NCBI RefSeq assembly: GCF_006345805.1
Contig: NC_042997.1
Location: forward strand, 178,002,001 to 178,066,000
Length of the DNA stretch: 64,000 nucleotides
Origin: Octopus sinensis
Taxonomy: Eukaryota
Direction of reading: 5' to 3'
Positions 35,958-47,754 of the stretch are shown in pieces. Numbering within the stretch: the first letter of the stretch is position 1; each line of letters starts with the position of its first letter. The notes below the pieces were generated by a model. It was not told the origin of the DNA, made no database searches, and saw only the letters and a program-made list of their open reading frames with translations. Made by a program: the position numbers and the translations under genes.

Positions 35958-36034
35958 GTTGTGAATCATTAAATATTTTAGATTTAAATTATTAGAACAA
36001 ACTCAAGCCAAAATATCTTTCATCTACTCTTTAA

Positions 36035-36471
36035 CCCTTTGCATTTAAACCAGCTATATTTGGCCTAAATATTCCACACGTTTTATGTCAAATCCAGCAT
36101 GTCACACCTACCCTGCAATGTCATTCTAAGAATAAACAATCACATCATTAAAAATATCAAAGCTAGAAGACAGTCTATGATTAATTTAACCCTTTAGCAT
36201 TTAAACCGGCCAAATCCAGCCAAAAGTATTCAGCCTGATTTATGTCCAAACCGACCAGATCTGGTCTCTCACACCAACCCTACAATATCGTTTTAAAAAT
36301 TAATTAACAGCTACCTCATCAAAATCTCACAGCTACAAGATAATGCGTGATTAGTTAAAAAAAGGATGGAGGAAAAAGCATTAATTTTAGCAGAATAATG
36401 TGAACACTAAAGGGTTAAAATAACAAATTAATAAGTACTACATTTGACAAAGCAATACGAACGCTAAAAGG
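36035..36471. mobile_element. TTAA-flanked MITE with a second copy nested inside (36190-36414)
   Basis: Both have TTAA|CCCTT...A(G)GG|TTAA ends. Same family at about 36690-36914, 44370-44575, 49970-50195, 59840-60050, 61465-61690, 19490-19672. Confidence 0.75.
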
Positions 36472-36949
36472 TTAATCTTTGCAGACACAACAGAAATTTT
36501 TTTACCTTTAGCTAAAATAACTAAGCTACTCTAATTCTAATTATTACTTTATCTATCACTTGTGGCAGAATATTTCACATACTTCAGAAATTCACGAATG
36601 GACAAATTTCTATCACAAACACAAACTGACATCTATAAATTCATAGTGTATCAGGTGTAAAACATATGTCACCTTGAAAAGATTGTTTAACCCTTTAGTG
36701 TTCAGATTAATTTGTTAAATGTAATACTTTTTTCACTCAAATTATTTTTAATTAATCATACATTTTCTTACAGCTTTGAAGTTTCAATGGTGTGATAGTT
36801 TATTCTTAGAATGTCAATGTAGGTTAGGTGTGAGGGGTTAGATATGGCCAGTTTGAATGTAAACATGTAGGATATTTGGGCCGGATATAGCTGGCTTAAA
36901 CACCAAAGGGTTAAAGTTGTAACCCAAGTTATTGATGCTAGACAAGAAT

Positions 36950-38612
36950 TTAAGGAAATTGAAAATTAACAGGAGTTGCAGATCTACTTAGCTTAGAGTT
37001 TTAACAAAAATCCTATCTTCTCTGTAAAGCTAATTGTGTTTACATGGCAGAATTTCATAGAGTGTGTGGTTTTTGTAAATAAAAACATGGGGAAAAAAAT
37101 AATATGAATAGCATCAGTTTCTGCAATAAATTCTCAGTACATTAACTGAACCTGAGAACTTACCGAGATACTTATATGAGAATGAAACCATGAAATAAAT
37201 GCTTATATAATCAAGTCAGAAATGAGTTTTCAATAAGATTTATTTAACATTCTCTTAATGATACCAGAGTAAAACTTATTTAGAGATAAACTCAAGTCGA
37301 TCATATAAATAAAAACTTGAAAAGCATTCTTCTTAAAAAAAAGAAGCTATAAGTGAGTAAAATAAAAAAAAAAATCAAGTATAATTTTAAATAGATGGAT
37401 GTGAAATGGGAAGAGAGTAGAAGGGAGAACTTTCTGGTTTTTCCATTTTCAAAACATTTATCCAAACTTTAGAATCTTAAAACAAGCTTCAGCTACATTA
37501 GTGTTTGTACTGAAACGGTGACATTTAAAAAAATTTTTTAGTTAGGTAGAAAAGTTAGAGAGAAAATTACTAGCTTACACTTGTAGAAATTTCACCTGAT
37601 TTCCTTTATCAATAGTGCTATTCATGTAGTAGACCTTGGCATTGGGTATCGTTAGGGAATTGGGCTTCTTGTGTTTACTCTCCACAGGGGAACAGTAGTT
37701 AAGCAACAAACAGTTGCTGATGTAAAGAGGGGTGTGAGTAAGAGTGAAGAAACCAATCTTCAAATCAATAAATTTTATTATTAGAAATACAAGAAATTAG
37801 AAATAAAATGCTGTCAGACGTACGATACTCAAATGTATCTTTACAAATTGAAGAAGAATAAGAGAGGAAAATAACAAAAAAAAGAATTAAGAAGGCTGGA
37901 TAAGAAATTGTGAAATTTGTAATTTTAATATTAATAACTGTTGATGTTGTACAAGTTGTTATGTTGCTAAACAGGTGTACATGTGTGTATATATATATGT
38001 CTATTTGTGTATGCGTGTTTATAAAGAAGGAAGAGGCTAGCTATGTCGACCAATCCAATCATACAATTTGTCACTGCTTGATTTTCTTTAAAAACACTAC
38101 CGCACTATCGATGCATCGGTAACAGGCGGTCTCAATTTTCAAAGAGGATAAAATGTTGTTGGTTTTTTTTTTTAAATTTTATTTCCCCCTTTTCACTCTC
38201 ATTCACTCACTCATTCACTTTCTCAGTTTGCCCATCTCTCTCTCTCTTTTTCTTTCTCTCTGTCTCTTTCTCTTGCTTTTTCATTCCCATTCAATTTCTC
38301 TCTATCCGACTTGCACTCTTTTACACTGTTTCTTCCTTTTCTCTAGAATGGTAGAAATAAAGACAGAATTTGCTGCTGTTTGACTTGGTGTTGTTCACTC
38401 TTGCCAACAATGTTCCCACGGGTTGTTAATGGGAACTGTATTTTATCATACATAAGGTAAAAGAGGACACCAGCACCAAAGCCGACACTGATAGTGTCTG
38501 TCTGTATTGGTAGATAAAAAAAAAAAATATATATATATTTATATGTATAGAAAAGTCAAAGAAAAATGGAGAAAGTGGAATCCAGGGCAGAGAGGAATGG
38601 GTTAAGAACAAG
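36950..38612 (-). other. Probable long 3-prime UTR of the MCRIP gene
   Basis: About 1.6 kb free of interspersed repeats directly after the stop; minus-strand AATAAA at about 37779-37774 and 37244-37239. The true end is not determinable. Confidence 0.5.
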
Positions 38613-38683
38613 TCACGTGGTCCCACGTGGTTTCTCTAATGTTCGTTGGTTACACCATTTATCCAAATCAAAAGGTTTGAAAT
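38613..38683 (-). CDS. MCRIP: FAM195/MCRIP last coding exon (NFKPFDLDKWCNQRTLEKPRGTT*)
   Basis: Acceptor gtttctttcttcacag, phase 1, TGA at 38615-38613; FKPFDLDKW matches family FxPIDLxxW. Confidence 0.9.
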
Positions 38684-39758
38684 CTGTGAAGAAAGAAACG
38701 AAATATTAAATTTTTTTTTTTTTACATTTTCAATAATATATAATAATAAACATAATAATACAAAACAAATGAAGTCAAATCGATCTGTTGTGTGTGTTTG
38801 TGTGTATATATATTTCTTTACTACCCACAAGGGGCTAAACACAGAAGGGACAAACAAGGACAGACAAACAGATTAAGTCGATTATATCGACCCCAGTGCG
38901 TAACTGGTACTTAACTTATCGACCCCCGAAAGGATGAAAGGCAAAGTTGACCGCGGCGGAATTTGAACTCAGAACGTAACGGCAGACGAAATACAGCTAC
39001 GCATTTCGCCCGGCGTGCTAACGTTTCTGCCAGCTCGCCACCCTGCGTTTGTGTGTATATATATTCATCGGCATCATCTAACATTTGTGTTCCATGCAAA
39101 CATGGGTTGGATGGTCCAACAGGATTCCGTGAGCCAGAAGACTGTACTGAATCCCAGTGTCTGCTCCAGTATGTTTTCCACGGCTGGATGCCCTTCTCAA
39201 TGCCGACCAATTTACTGAGTGTATTGGGTGCTTTTTTTATAGCACAGCTACTACTGATGTGATCAAGTAACTAGCAAGACAAGATCCCTCGTCTGAGCTG
39301 GAGTGTAATATTGAGGGAAGTGGCTTTGTGCTAGATGTTGAAGAGGCTAAAGGATGATAGAGGGATAAGAACAGGGGTCTTACTGTAGAGGAGATAAATG
39401 ATAACCCTAGCTAGAGACAAGAAGGGAGATAAAGAGAGAAGAGAAACAGCAAACTGAGTTGGTTGGATGCATAGATTTGCTAATCTGTGAAAGGAGAGTG
39501 ACAGATGGTTAGAAATTGAAATAGAGGTGAATGCAGTAAAATATTGAATACAGGTGGAGGTGTGGTCCATGGTGAATCCCAATTTGGTTGAGGAAGTAAA
39601 GGAAAATAGAAATGAGTAAAGGAAGAGGAGGCAATAAGTGGCAGTACATAAAGTGGCGAGAGCAACAGTGTAATAAAACTGTAGATAGATGACAAATAGG
39701 GAAATGCTGTGAAATAAGAGGAGAGAGGTAAGCATCAAAGGTATGTAGGGGTGGATAA

Positions 39759-40022
39759 GGTGGCGAGCTGGCAGAAACATTAGCATGCCGGGCGAAATGT
39801 GTAGCCGTATTTCGTCTGCAGTTATGTCCTGAGTTCAAATTCCGCCAAGGTCAACTTTGCCTTTCATCCTTTCGGGGTCGATAAATTAAGTCGCAGTTAC
39901 GCACTGGGGTCGATAAATTAAGTAGCAGTTACGCACTGGGGTCGATGTAATTGACTTAATCCGTTTGTGTATCCTTTTTTGTCCCGTCTGTGTTTAGCCC
40001 CTTGTGGGTAGTAAAGAAATAG
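39759..40022 (+). mobile_element. SINE family 2 with TSD and an internal ~35-bp tandem duplication
   Basis: gta(t/c)gtaggggtggata on both sides; duplicated ggggtcgataaattaagt...gcact. Confidence 0.8.
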
Positions 40023-40349
40023 GTACGTAGGGGTGGATATAGTGAGTGACAAAGGATGGGAAAAACATCAATCACAGCTGTAAGAAGGTGCTTAGTAGAA
40101 AATAAAGGAAATAAGTGATGATGCTGAAAATGCGGGATGGATGACAAGGGAAGTGGTTCCAAGGAGAGGGAAAATTGGTAACACAAAGGGTGGGTGCTGG
40201 GGTGAAATATCCGCAGTTGTGCTCTCATATAATTACAGCAGCTGCTGTAGTTTGAAGGGTGAAGGAAGGGCAGGTATTGTGAAGATGAGTTGTGGAGAAG
40301 GTTTGACAAGAACACTTTGTGTGGGGAAGTACAGACATAAACAATATGC

Positions 40350-40790
40350 TTTTAAGATCTCATTCCTTTGCTGAAATTGGTAAGTTTTTCAAGCACAGCA
40401 AATTGCCAATCATCTCTGTTCTTTGTCATCTCCTCTATAAGCCTCAATAAGCTGAAGGTGGTCTTTACTACTTTGTCCCATGCCATCCTGGGCCTCCCTC
40501 TGCTACAGGCTCTATCCACATTTAGCAATTGGCACTTCTTTATGCAGCTCCACTCATGCATATGAATCACATGACCCACACTAGTATAGTCTTCTCTCTT
40601 GCACACAACATCTGATGCCTCTTATGCCTAATTTCTCTCTCAACATACGAGCACTTTGTTGTACATGCACACTGACGTTGAATGTCCAATGAAGCATGCC
40701 AAATTCATTTCTTTCCAGCCTCCTCTGCATTCGTGGCCCCTATCCCACCATTATGTAACATTGCTATCTGATATACACATTAGAAGCAGT
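40350..40790 (-). mobile_element. RTE LINE C-terminal relic
   Basis: GHVIHM...RGRPRMAWDKVVK...NRDDWQFAV. Confidence 0.75.
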
Positions 40791-40933
40791 TTTAAGCTAA
40801 TATACATAGCTGGCTGTTTGGATTTAACCCTTTAGTATTCAGATTATTCTGTCAAATATGATGCTTATTTATTCACATTGTCTTGAATTAATCCTGCCTC
40901 ACGTTCTAGCTTCAGGATTTTAGTGATGTTTTA

Positions 40934-41322
40934 CTCTTTTACTTGTTTCAGTCATTTGACTGTGGCCATGCTGGAGCACCGCCTTTAGTCGAGCAAATCG
41001 ACCCCTGGACTTATTCTTTGTAAGCCTAGTACTTATTCTATCGGTATCTTTTGCCGACCCGCTAAGTTACGGGGACGTAAACACACCAGCATCGGTTGTC
41101 AAGCGATGTTGGGGGGGACAAACACAGACACACAAACATATACACATACACATATATACGATGGGCTTCTTTCAGTTTCTGTCTACCAAATCCACTCACA
41201 AGGCTTTGGTCAATCCAAGGCTATAGTAGAAGACATTTGCCCAAGGTGCCACGCAGTGGGACTGAACCCAGAACCATGTGGTGCGTAAACAAGCTACTTA
41301 CCACACAGCCACTCCTACACCT
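40934..41322 (-). mobile_element. SINE family 1, full length, in the MCRIP last intron
   Basis: Near-identical to other copies. Confidence 0.88.
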
Positions 41323-42507
41323 GATGTGATTATTTACTTTTAAAATAATATTATAGGGTAGGTGTGAGAGGCAGGACCTGGTCTGTTTGAACGTAAAACA
41401 GGACAAATATTTGAGCTGGACATGGCCAGCTTAAATGCTAAACGATTAATACTGCTTCAGTTGCATACACTGGATTTCCATTCAGCTGGGCAGCTATCTG
41501 CAATGCCAGTGACTGTTCTATTCACTGCTTCCTATATTAAAGATGGAGGCGCAATAGCCCAGTGGTTAGGGCAGCGGACTCACAGTCGTAGGATCACGGT
41601 TTCGATTCCCAGACCGGACATTGAGTGTTTATAGAGCGAAAATACCTAAAGCTCCACGAGGCTCCAGCAGGGGGTGGTGGTGAACCCTGCTGTACTCTTT
41701 CACCACAATTTTCTCTCACTCTTTCTTCCTGTTTCTGTTGTATCTGTATTTCTAAGGGCCAGCCTTGTCACACTGAATCTCCCTGAGAACTACGTTAAGG
41801 GTACACGTGTCTGTGGAGTGCTCAGCCACTTGCACGTTAATAAATGAGCTGCGACATCAGTGGTGTCAAGCTGTATCGGCCTTTGCCTTTCCCTTGGATA
41901 ACATCGCTGGCGTGGAGATGGGAGGCTGGTATGCGTGGGCGACTGCTGGTCTTCCATAAACAACCTTGCTCAGACTTGTGCCCGGGAGGCTAACTTTCTA
42001 GGTGCAATCCCATGGTCATTCATGACCGAAAGGGGTCACAATATTAAAGATGACAAATCTCATTTAGGCATGTGGCTGGCTGGGAATACAGATCACTGAT
42101 AAGGAGGCTCAATAACACTGAAATGCATCTAGTGTTGTTGCTACCTACAGCTGGGATGATTTTTTCTTTTTTTCACTCTGATATATAGTGTTTTTAATCA
42201 CAGATTGTCCATAAGAGACGTTACCTTCAGATATCTCAGTATATCAACAATATATATACATTAAGTATGATGCGGCGACAGCTATATATATATATCACCA
42301 TGTTAGCACGCCGGGCGAAATGCTTAGCGGTATTTCGTCTGCCGTTATGTTCTGAGTTCAAATTCCGACGAGGTCAACTTTGCCTTTCATCTTTTCGAAG
42401 TCAATAAATTAAGTACCAGTTATGCACTGGGGTCAATGTAATTGACTTAATCCCTTTGTCTGTCTTTGTTTGTCCCCTCTATGTTTAGCCCCTTGTGGGC
42501 AATAAAG

Positions 42508-42544
<37 letters not shown>

Positions 42545-45340
42545 CACCATCATCATTTAATGTCTATTCTCCATGCTGGCATGGGTTAGATGGTTTGACT
42601 GGAGCTGATGAGCCAGAAAGCTGCAGCAGGTTCCAGTCTGATTTGGCATGGTTTCTACAGCTGGATGCCTTTCCTAATGCCAACTACTCCAGCAGTGTAA
42701 TGAGTGCTTTTACATGCCACACACATACACAAACAAAGAATATAAACATCATCATCATCGTTTAACGGGTTGGACGGTTCGACCGGGGTCTGAGGAACCA
42801 GGGGCTGCTCCAGGCTCCAGTCTGATCTGGCAGTGTTTCTACAGCTGGATGCCCTTCCTAACGCCAACCACTCCGCGAGTGTAGTGGGTGCTTTTTACGT
42901 GCCACCTGCACAGGTGCCAGAGGGGTCTGGCATCGGCCATGATCGGTTGGTGCTTTTTATGTGCCACCGGCACAGAAGCCAGACGAGGCGGTGCTGGCAT
43001 CGGCCACGTTCGGATGGTGCTTTTTATGTGCCACCGGCACAGAAGCCAGTTGAGGCAGTGCTGGCATCGGCCACGTTCGGATGGTGCTTTTTATGTGCCA
43101 CCGGCACAGAAGCCATTCGAGGCGGGGTTGGCATCGGTCACGTTCGGACGGTGCTTTTTATGTGCCACCGGCACAGAAGCCATTCGAGGCGGGGTTGGCA
43201 TCGGTCACGTTCAGATGGTGCTTTTTATGTGCCACCGGCACAGAAGCCAGTCGAGGCGGCACTGGCAACGGCCAATATTAATATTAATGTATGCGTTACA
43301 TAAAAACAATTTAACATCAAACTGATTATTCAATGCTTTTTATTAGAGTATATGTTTATCAAACTTTTACAAGTGAGTTGACAGTGACTTCAAATTTTCA
43401 GCCTGTTGGCCTTTGTCAGGTCTTATCTTCAACGCTCAATATATATAACAAAGATGGGCTGAGATTCGCTTCAGCTGTTTCTGACATGTTTTTTGAATTG
43501 ATAAACAAATCAATTACTTTTTCATTTTTTTCATTTCATTTCATCTAGTTTCAGCTCACGAGCTGTGGTCATGCTGGGGCACCGCCATTCGGTGTTGCTA
43601 CATGATTTTACTTCACGAATGCTTTTTAACAACCGACATTTGGTGCATGAGAGAGTTTGATGCAGCTGCCCTCATCTGCACCTCCTGCCGTGAAGTTGGT
43701 TCATCTGGGACACCTGACAAGAAGAGGTCCAGCTTTATTTTATTTACTTCATGTAAAAAAAAAACTGTTTTCTTCAGGTGAATTAAGAGTTGAAATTAAA
43801 CATTTAGGATTTTTCACACAAAAAGTATATGATGCATATGACACTCTCATCTCAGCGCCCACTGAGAGAATAAAGAGGAAATGTTATTTTGTTGCTAAAT
43901 ATATACATGGTAATAAATCAATCAACACCTTCAAGTGATGGAAAAGAAAAGAAAACTATATATACACACACGCATATATGTGTGTGTGTATATATATATA
44001 TATAAATATATATATACATATACACATATATCTTTATTATAGCCTTCTACAACTCTTTCTTCCATTATTATAAAACAAAAAGTTACTACTGTAATAGTAG
44101 TCACACTCCCTCTTGTATCTTCAACATATGCCTTATTTGATTTCTTTTTAAACCAACACTGTCTACTCCATATTTTACCCATTGAAAACAATCTTTTTTT
44201 TTATGGATTGGCCAAACAAAGAAAGGTAGCACAAATCAACTTTTATCTGAGTATCCAAAACCTAAACTCATGACCCATGGCTTGCTGGAGTAGGAAGCAA
44301 CATATTAGGCTATCAAATTATCGACACTCAGAGCAGAGAATACTTGCATCAAATTGGACTGCGTTTAGGATTTAAACCAGCCATATCAGGCCTACGTTTT
44401 ACGTTCAGAATGGCCAAATCTAGCCTTTGACAACTACCCTACAATGTCATTCTAAAAGTAAAACAATCACATCATAGAAATCTTGAAGCTAAGAAATAAT
44501 GCATGATTAATCCAAACTAATTTGAATAAATAAACATTATGTTTGACCGAGGAATCTGAATGTTAAAGGCTTAAGTAAACCATGCAAAATAATTATTAAA
44601 GCACCATCTGAACGTGGCCAATGCCAGCGTCCCTTGACTGGCATCCGTGCTGGTGGCATGTAAAAAGCACCAACCGATCGTGGATGTTGCCAGCCTCCTT
44701 TGGCCCCTGTGCCAGTGGTATGTAAAAAGCACCCAGCTGTAGAAACACTGCCAGATCAGACTGGAGCCTGGTGCAGCTTCCTGGCTTCCCAGACTCCGGT
44801 TAAACCGTCCAATCCATGCTAGCATGGAAAACGGACGTCAAATGATGACGATAACTCAATATCAAAAACTCTATATGTTTGCCTGATATGCTAGAAATAG
44901 CAAAGTGTTATGACTTAATCTGTTGCCTAGCAGAATCCATTCTGTTGCAAGCATTCAGACAAAGTATTCAGCTTGGATGGGACAGTTTGACAGGATCCAG
45001 CAAGCCACAGGGCTGTGCCAGGCTCCAGTGTCAGTCTTGTTTTCTATAGCTTGATGCCATTTCTAAGACCAACTACTTTACTGTGTGTACTGTGTCTTCA
45101 TGCCACCAACACTAGTGAGGTGGCCAAGTAACTTGCAAGACAGAATAAGAACAGAGAAAAAGGAAAAAGAAAATTCTACACATATGGTGCTTGAAAATGA
45201 GATTGGATAGTCATCAAGGAATATCTTTTAACACTCGGATTGTTCTATCTGGGCTAATCAAGGGCTAGATGGCAACAATAGATGTACAGAAAAAAAGGAG
45301 GAATATTATAGCAAAATAGAAATTGATCAAGATGACTTAC

Positions 45341-45391
45341 TCTCCATTTGTGGGTTTGGACATTTTTCTTTGTACCACGTAGGATTAGAAG
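45341..45391 (-). CDS. MCRIP: FAM195/MCRIP exon (SSNPTWYKEKCPNPQME)
   Basis: Acceptor ttttctttcattttcag, donor gtaagt, 51 nt, phase 1-1; YKEKCPNP matches family YVEKxPNP. Confidence 0.9.
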
Positions 45392-45615
45392 CTGAAAATG
45401 AAAGAAAATAATCGTGAATAAAGTTGTACCAAATAACAACATTGCAGAATAATCTACAATTGACAATTTAACAATAAGGAAGTAACATAGCAATCATAAT
45501 CACTCTTGTATTTACTTTTGTGTTCAATTCTCATAGGTTAGATGAAACTTATTGAAGCTTATTTATTTTGGCTAGATGCTCTTCCTGTCACCAACCCCAA
45601 GTTGTATTTCAGATA

Positions 45616-46002
45616 AGGCACAGGAGTAGCTATGTGGTAAGTAGCTTGCTTACAAACCACATGGTTCCAGGTTCAGTCCCACTGCGTGGCACCCTGGGCA
45701 AGTGCCTTCTACTATAGCCTCGAGCAGACCAAAGCCTTGTGAGTGGATTTGGTAGGCGAAAACTGAAAAGAAGCCTGTCGTATATGTATGTATGTATATG
45801 TTTGTGTGTCTGTGTTTGTCCCCCCAACATCGCTCGACAACCGACGCTGGTGTGTTTATGCCCCTGTAATTTAGCGGTTCAGCAAAAAAGAGACCAATAG
45901 AATAAGTATTGGGCTTACAAAGAATAAGTCCTGGGGTCGATTTGCTCGACTAAAGGCAGTGCTCCAGCATGGCTGCAGTGAAATGATTGAAACAAGTAAA
46001 AG
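45616..46002 (+). mobile_element. SINE family 1, full length, between the two small MCRIP exons
   Basis: Near-identical to other copies. Confidence 0.88.
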
Positions 46003-46394
46003 AGAGAGAGAGTAAGAGTAAGGTATTTATAATTCCACTGGTCCTCACAGGTTTACTAACTTTGGAACATTTGCAAAAGACAAACAGAATTCACAAACAC
46101 ACACATAATAGGTTTTGCACAGTCCCCACCTATTAACTGCACGCACAAAGCATTGGCTGGCCTAGTTCATTGTAGAAGACGCTAGTACAAAATGTCATGC
46201 AATGTGGCCAAACCCAAAAACCATGAGGTTGCACAATGGTCCCCATAATCACACTGCCAAGTTTGTGCACATATTGTAGATGACACCCCACCAACTCTAA
46301 AAAAAAAGGGAGGTGGGAACGGAACAGATGTATTATTGATGTTATGAACTGATGAGGAGAAAGAATATCAGGAGAGAAAAAAAAAACAACTTAC

Positions 46395-46448
46395 ATTTTA
46401 TAATTCTTTGATGTCTGTTATCCATGTCATGAGAAAACCTGCTCCAAG
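46395..46448 (-). CDS. MCRIP: FAM195/MCRIP exon (SWSRFSHDMDNRHQRIIK)
   Basis: Acceptor tttcttgaccatttcag, donor gtaagt, 54 nt, phase 1-1; supplies the conserved W after YLTD. Confidence 0.85.
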
Positions 46449-47519
46449 CTGAAATGGTCAAGAAAAAAAAAAAAAAGAAAACAGAAAGAGGTTAAGGAAA
46501 ATGAAAATAAATCCAAGTTAGATGTGTTAGTATGAATTCATTAGAGTATCATTAATCTTATATTTAATTTACACTTGTCATTACTGCTGATTAGCTCCCA
46601 GTTAATCCTTTATCAACCAACAAGATCCAGTCCTTATTATGATGTGGTGACTTGCGTGCTCAAAGATCCTGAGAGCTATGCCAGGGGAGAGCAAATTCTT
46701 GGTAAAGGCTTCACATGCCAGGACAGGACAAAGGGTGGCAGCCAGACCAATGTGGACCATGGCCAAAACTACTACTTTGAAGAAAGCAAAGTTACAGAAG
46801 CATCAATGATTTGAAACCAAGACCCAAGAGAGAGAGGAAAAGTCAGCCCATAGTTGAGAACAATGAAGAAAAGTCATTGATAACCTATGCTTCAAAGGGA
46901 GCAAAGGTTTTTCTGATGAAATGATAATCCCTGATCTAGCATACTTATATAATCAAACATGTTTCAGGCACTACTATTGATTTCATTTTTTCCTTCACAC
47001 AGCATACTGCAAACTACATTATGAAGTGTGTCCTTTTTTATTAACTATATGGTACAGTTTGAGGCAGATTTGGGTAATATTTCATATGGTGGCCTTCTTG
47101 TAGCTGCCTATACTACCATTTCTATTGGCATATTTTCTGATCATCTTCAGTTTACAGATACATATGAATGAATGAATGAAAAAGCACTTCTTATTGGCAC
47201 CATCTTATTATCTGTTTCAAATTCAAATCAAATTTAAGTTCTAAGCCAGGGATAAATTTGCAATGCTCAGATTATTGTGATACTCTGTCTACGTCATTTC
47301 CATTACAAGCAGAATCATTTCATGTAAGTTAATTACACTTTCTACCACATATCATAGGAATGAGTGAGTGGTGATAAAGCTGAGTTGAACATCAACTGAA
47401 ATCAGCTTTTATTACTATTCACATCTAAGATACCTTTTGTAATTCAGTGACCTATGTTCATGGAATAAATAGCATTTTACAAACAGACCCCTTTATGTTT
47501 TGAAAAAAATATGACCACG

Positions 47520-47706
47520 TGTGTATCATTAGTGATTTTCTTTCTCTGCCTTCCCTTCCTTGGACTTTTCCTTTTTTCTATATTTCTGACGAAGAGCTCG
47601 GCTCGAAACGTTAAATCCTCCTTTCTTTCTTTCCTGAGCATCCAATAACACTATACTTGTTCCATGTCCTTGCATTGTTGTGTTTTCTATTTGTTCATGC
47701 TTGGAT

Positions 47707-47710
<4 letters not shown>
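47520..47710 (+). mobile_element. Probable Penelope-like element terminal-repeat remnant carrying the hammerhead
   Basis: Pyrimidine-rich ~190-bp segment around the ribozyme, ending at a (TA)n tract. No PLE ORF seen. Confidence 0.45.
47582..47616 (+). ncRNA. Minimal type I hammerhead ribozyme (Penelope-like element type)
   Basis: attt-CTGACGA-a-GAGC-tcg-GCTC-GAAAC-GTT-aaat: both core boxes, 4-bp stem II, palindromic ACGT stem III, stem I attt/aaat. Confidence 0.75.

Positions 47711-47754
<44 letters not shown>

Noticed and set aside
37575-37763. Minus-strand 62-aa ORF ending at a gtaag donor
   Set aside because: It is downstream of the MCRIP stop within the probable UTR, with no recognisable homology.
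38347-38456. Plus-strand exon-like segment with a strong acceptor and donor (NGRNKDRICCC...)
   Set aside because: It falls inside the MCRIP 3-prime UTR on the opposite strand, and no partner exons were found.
38612-38630. Two CACGTG E-boxes suggesting a promoter
   Set aside because: They are the last codons of MCRIP (CCA CGT GGG ACC ACG TGA).
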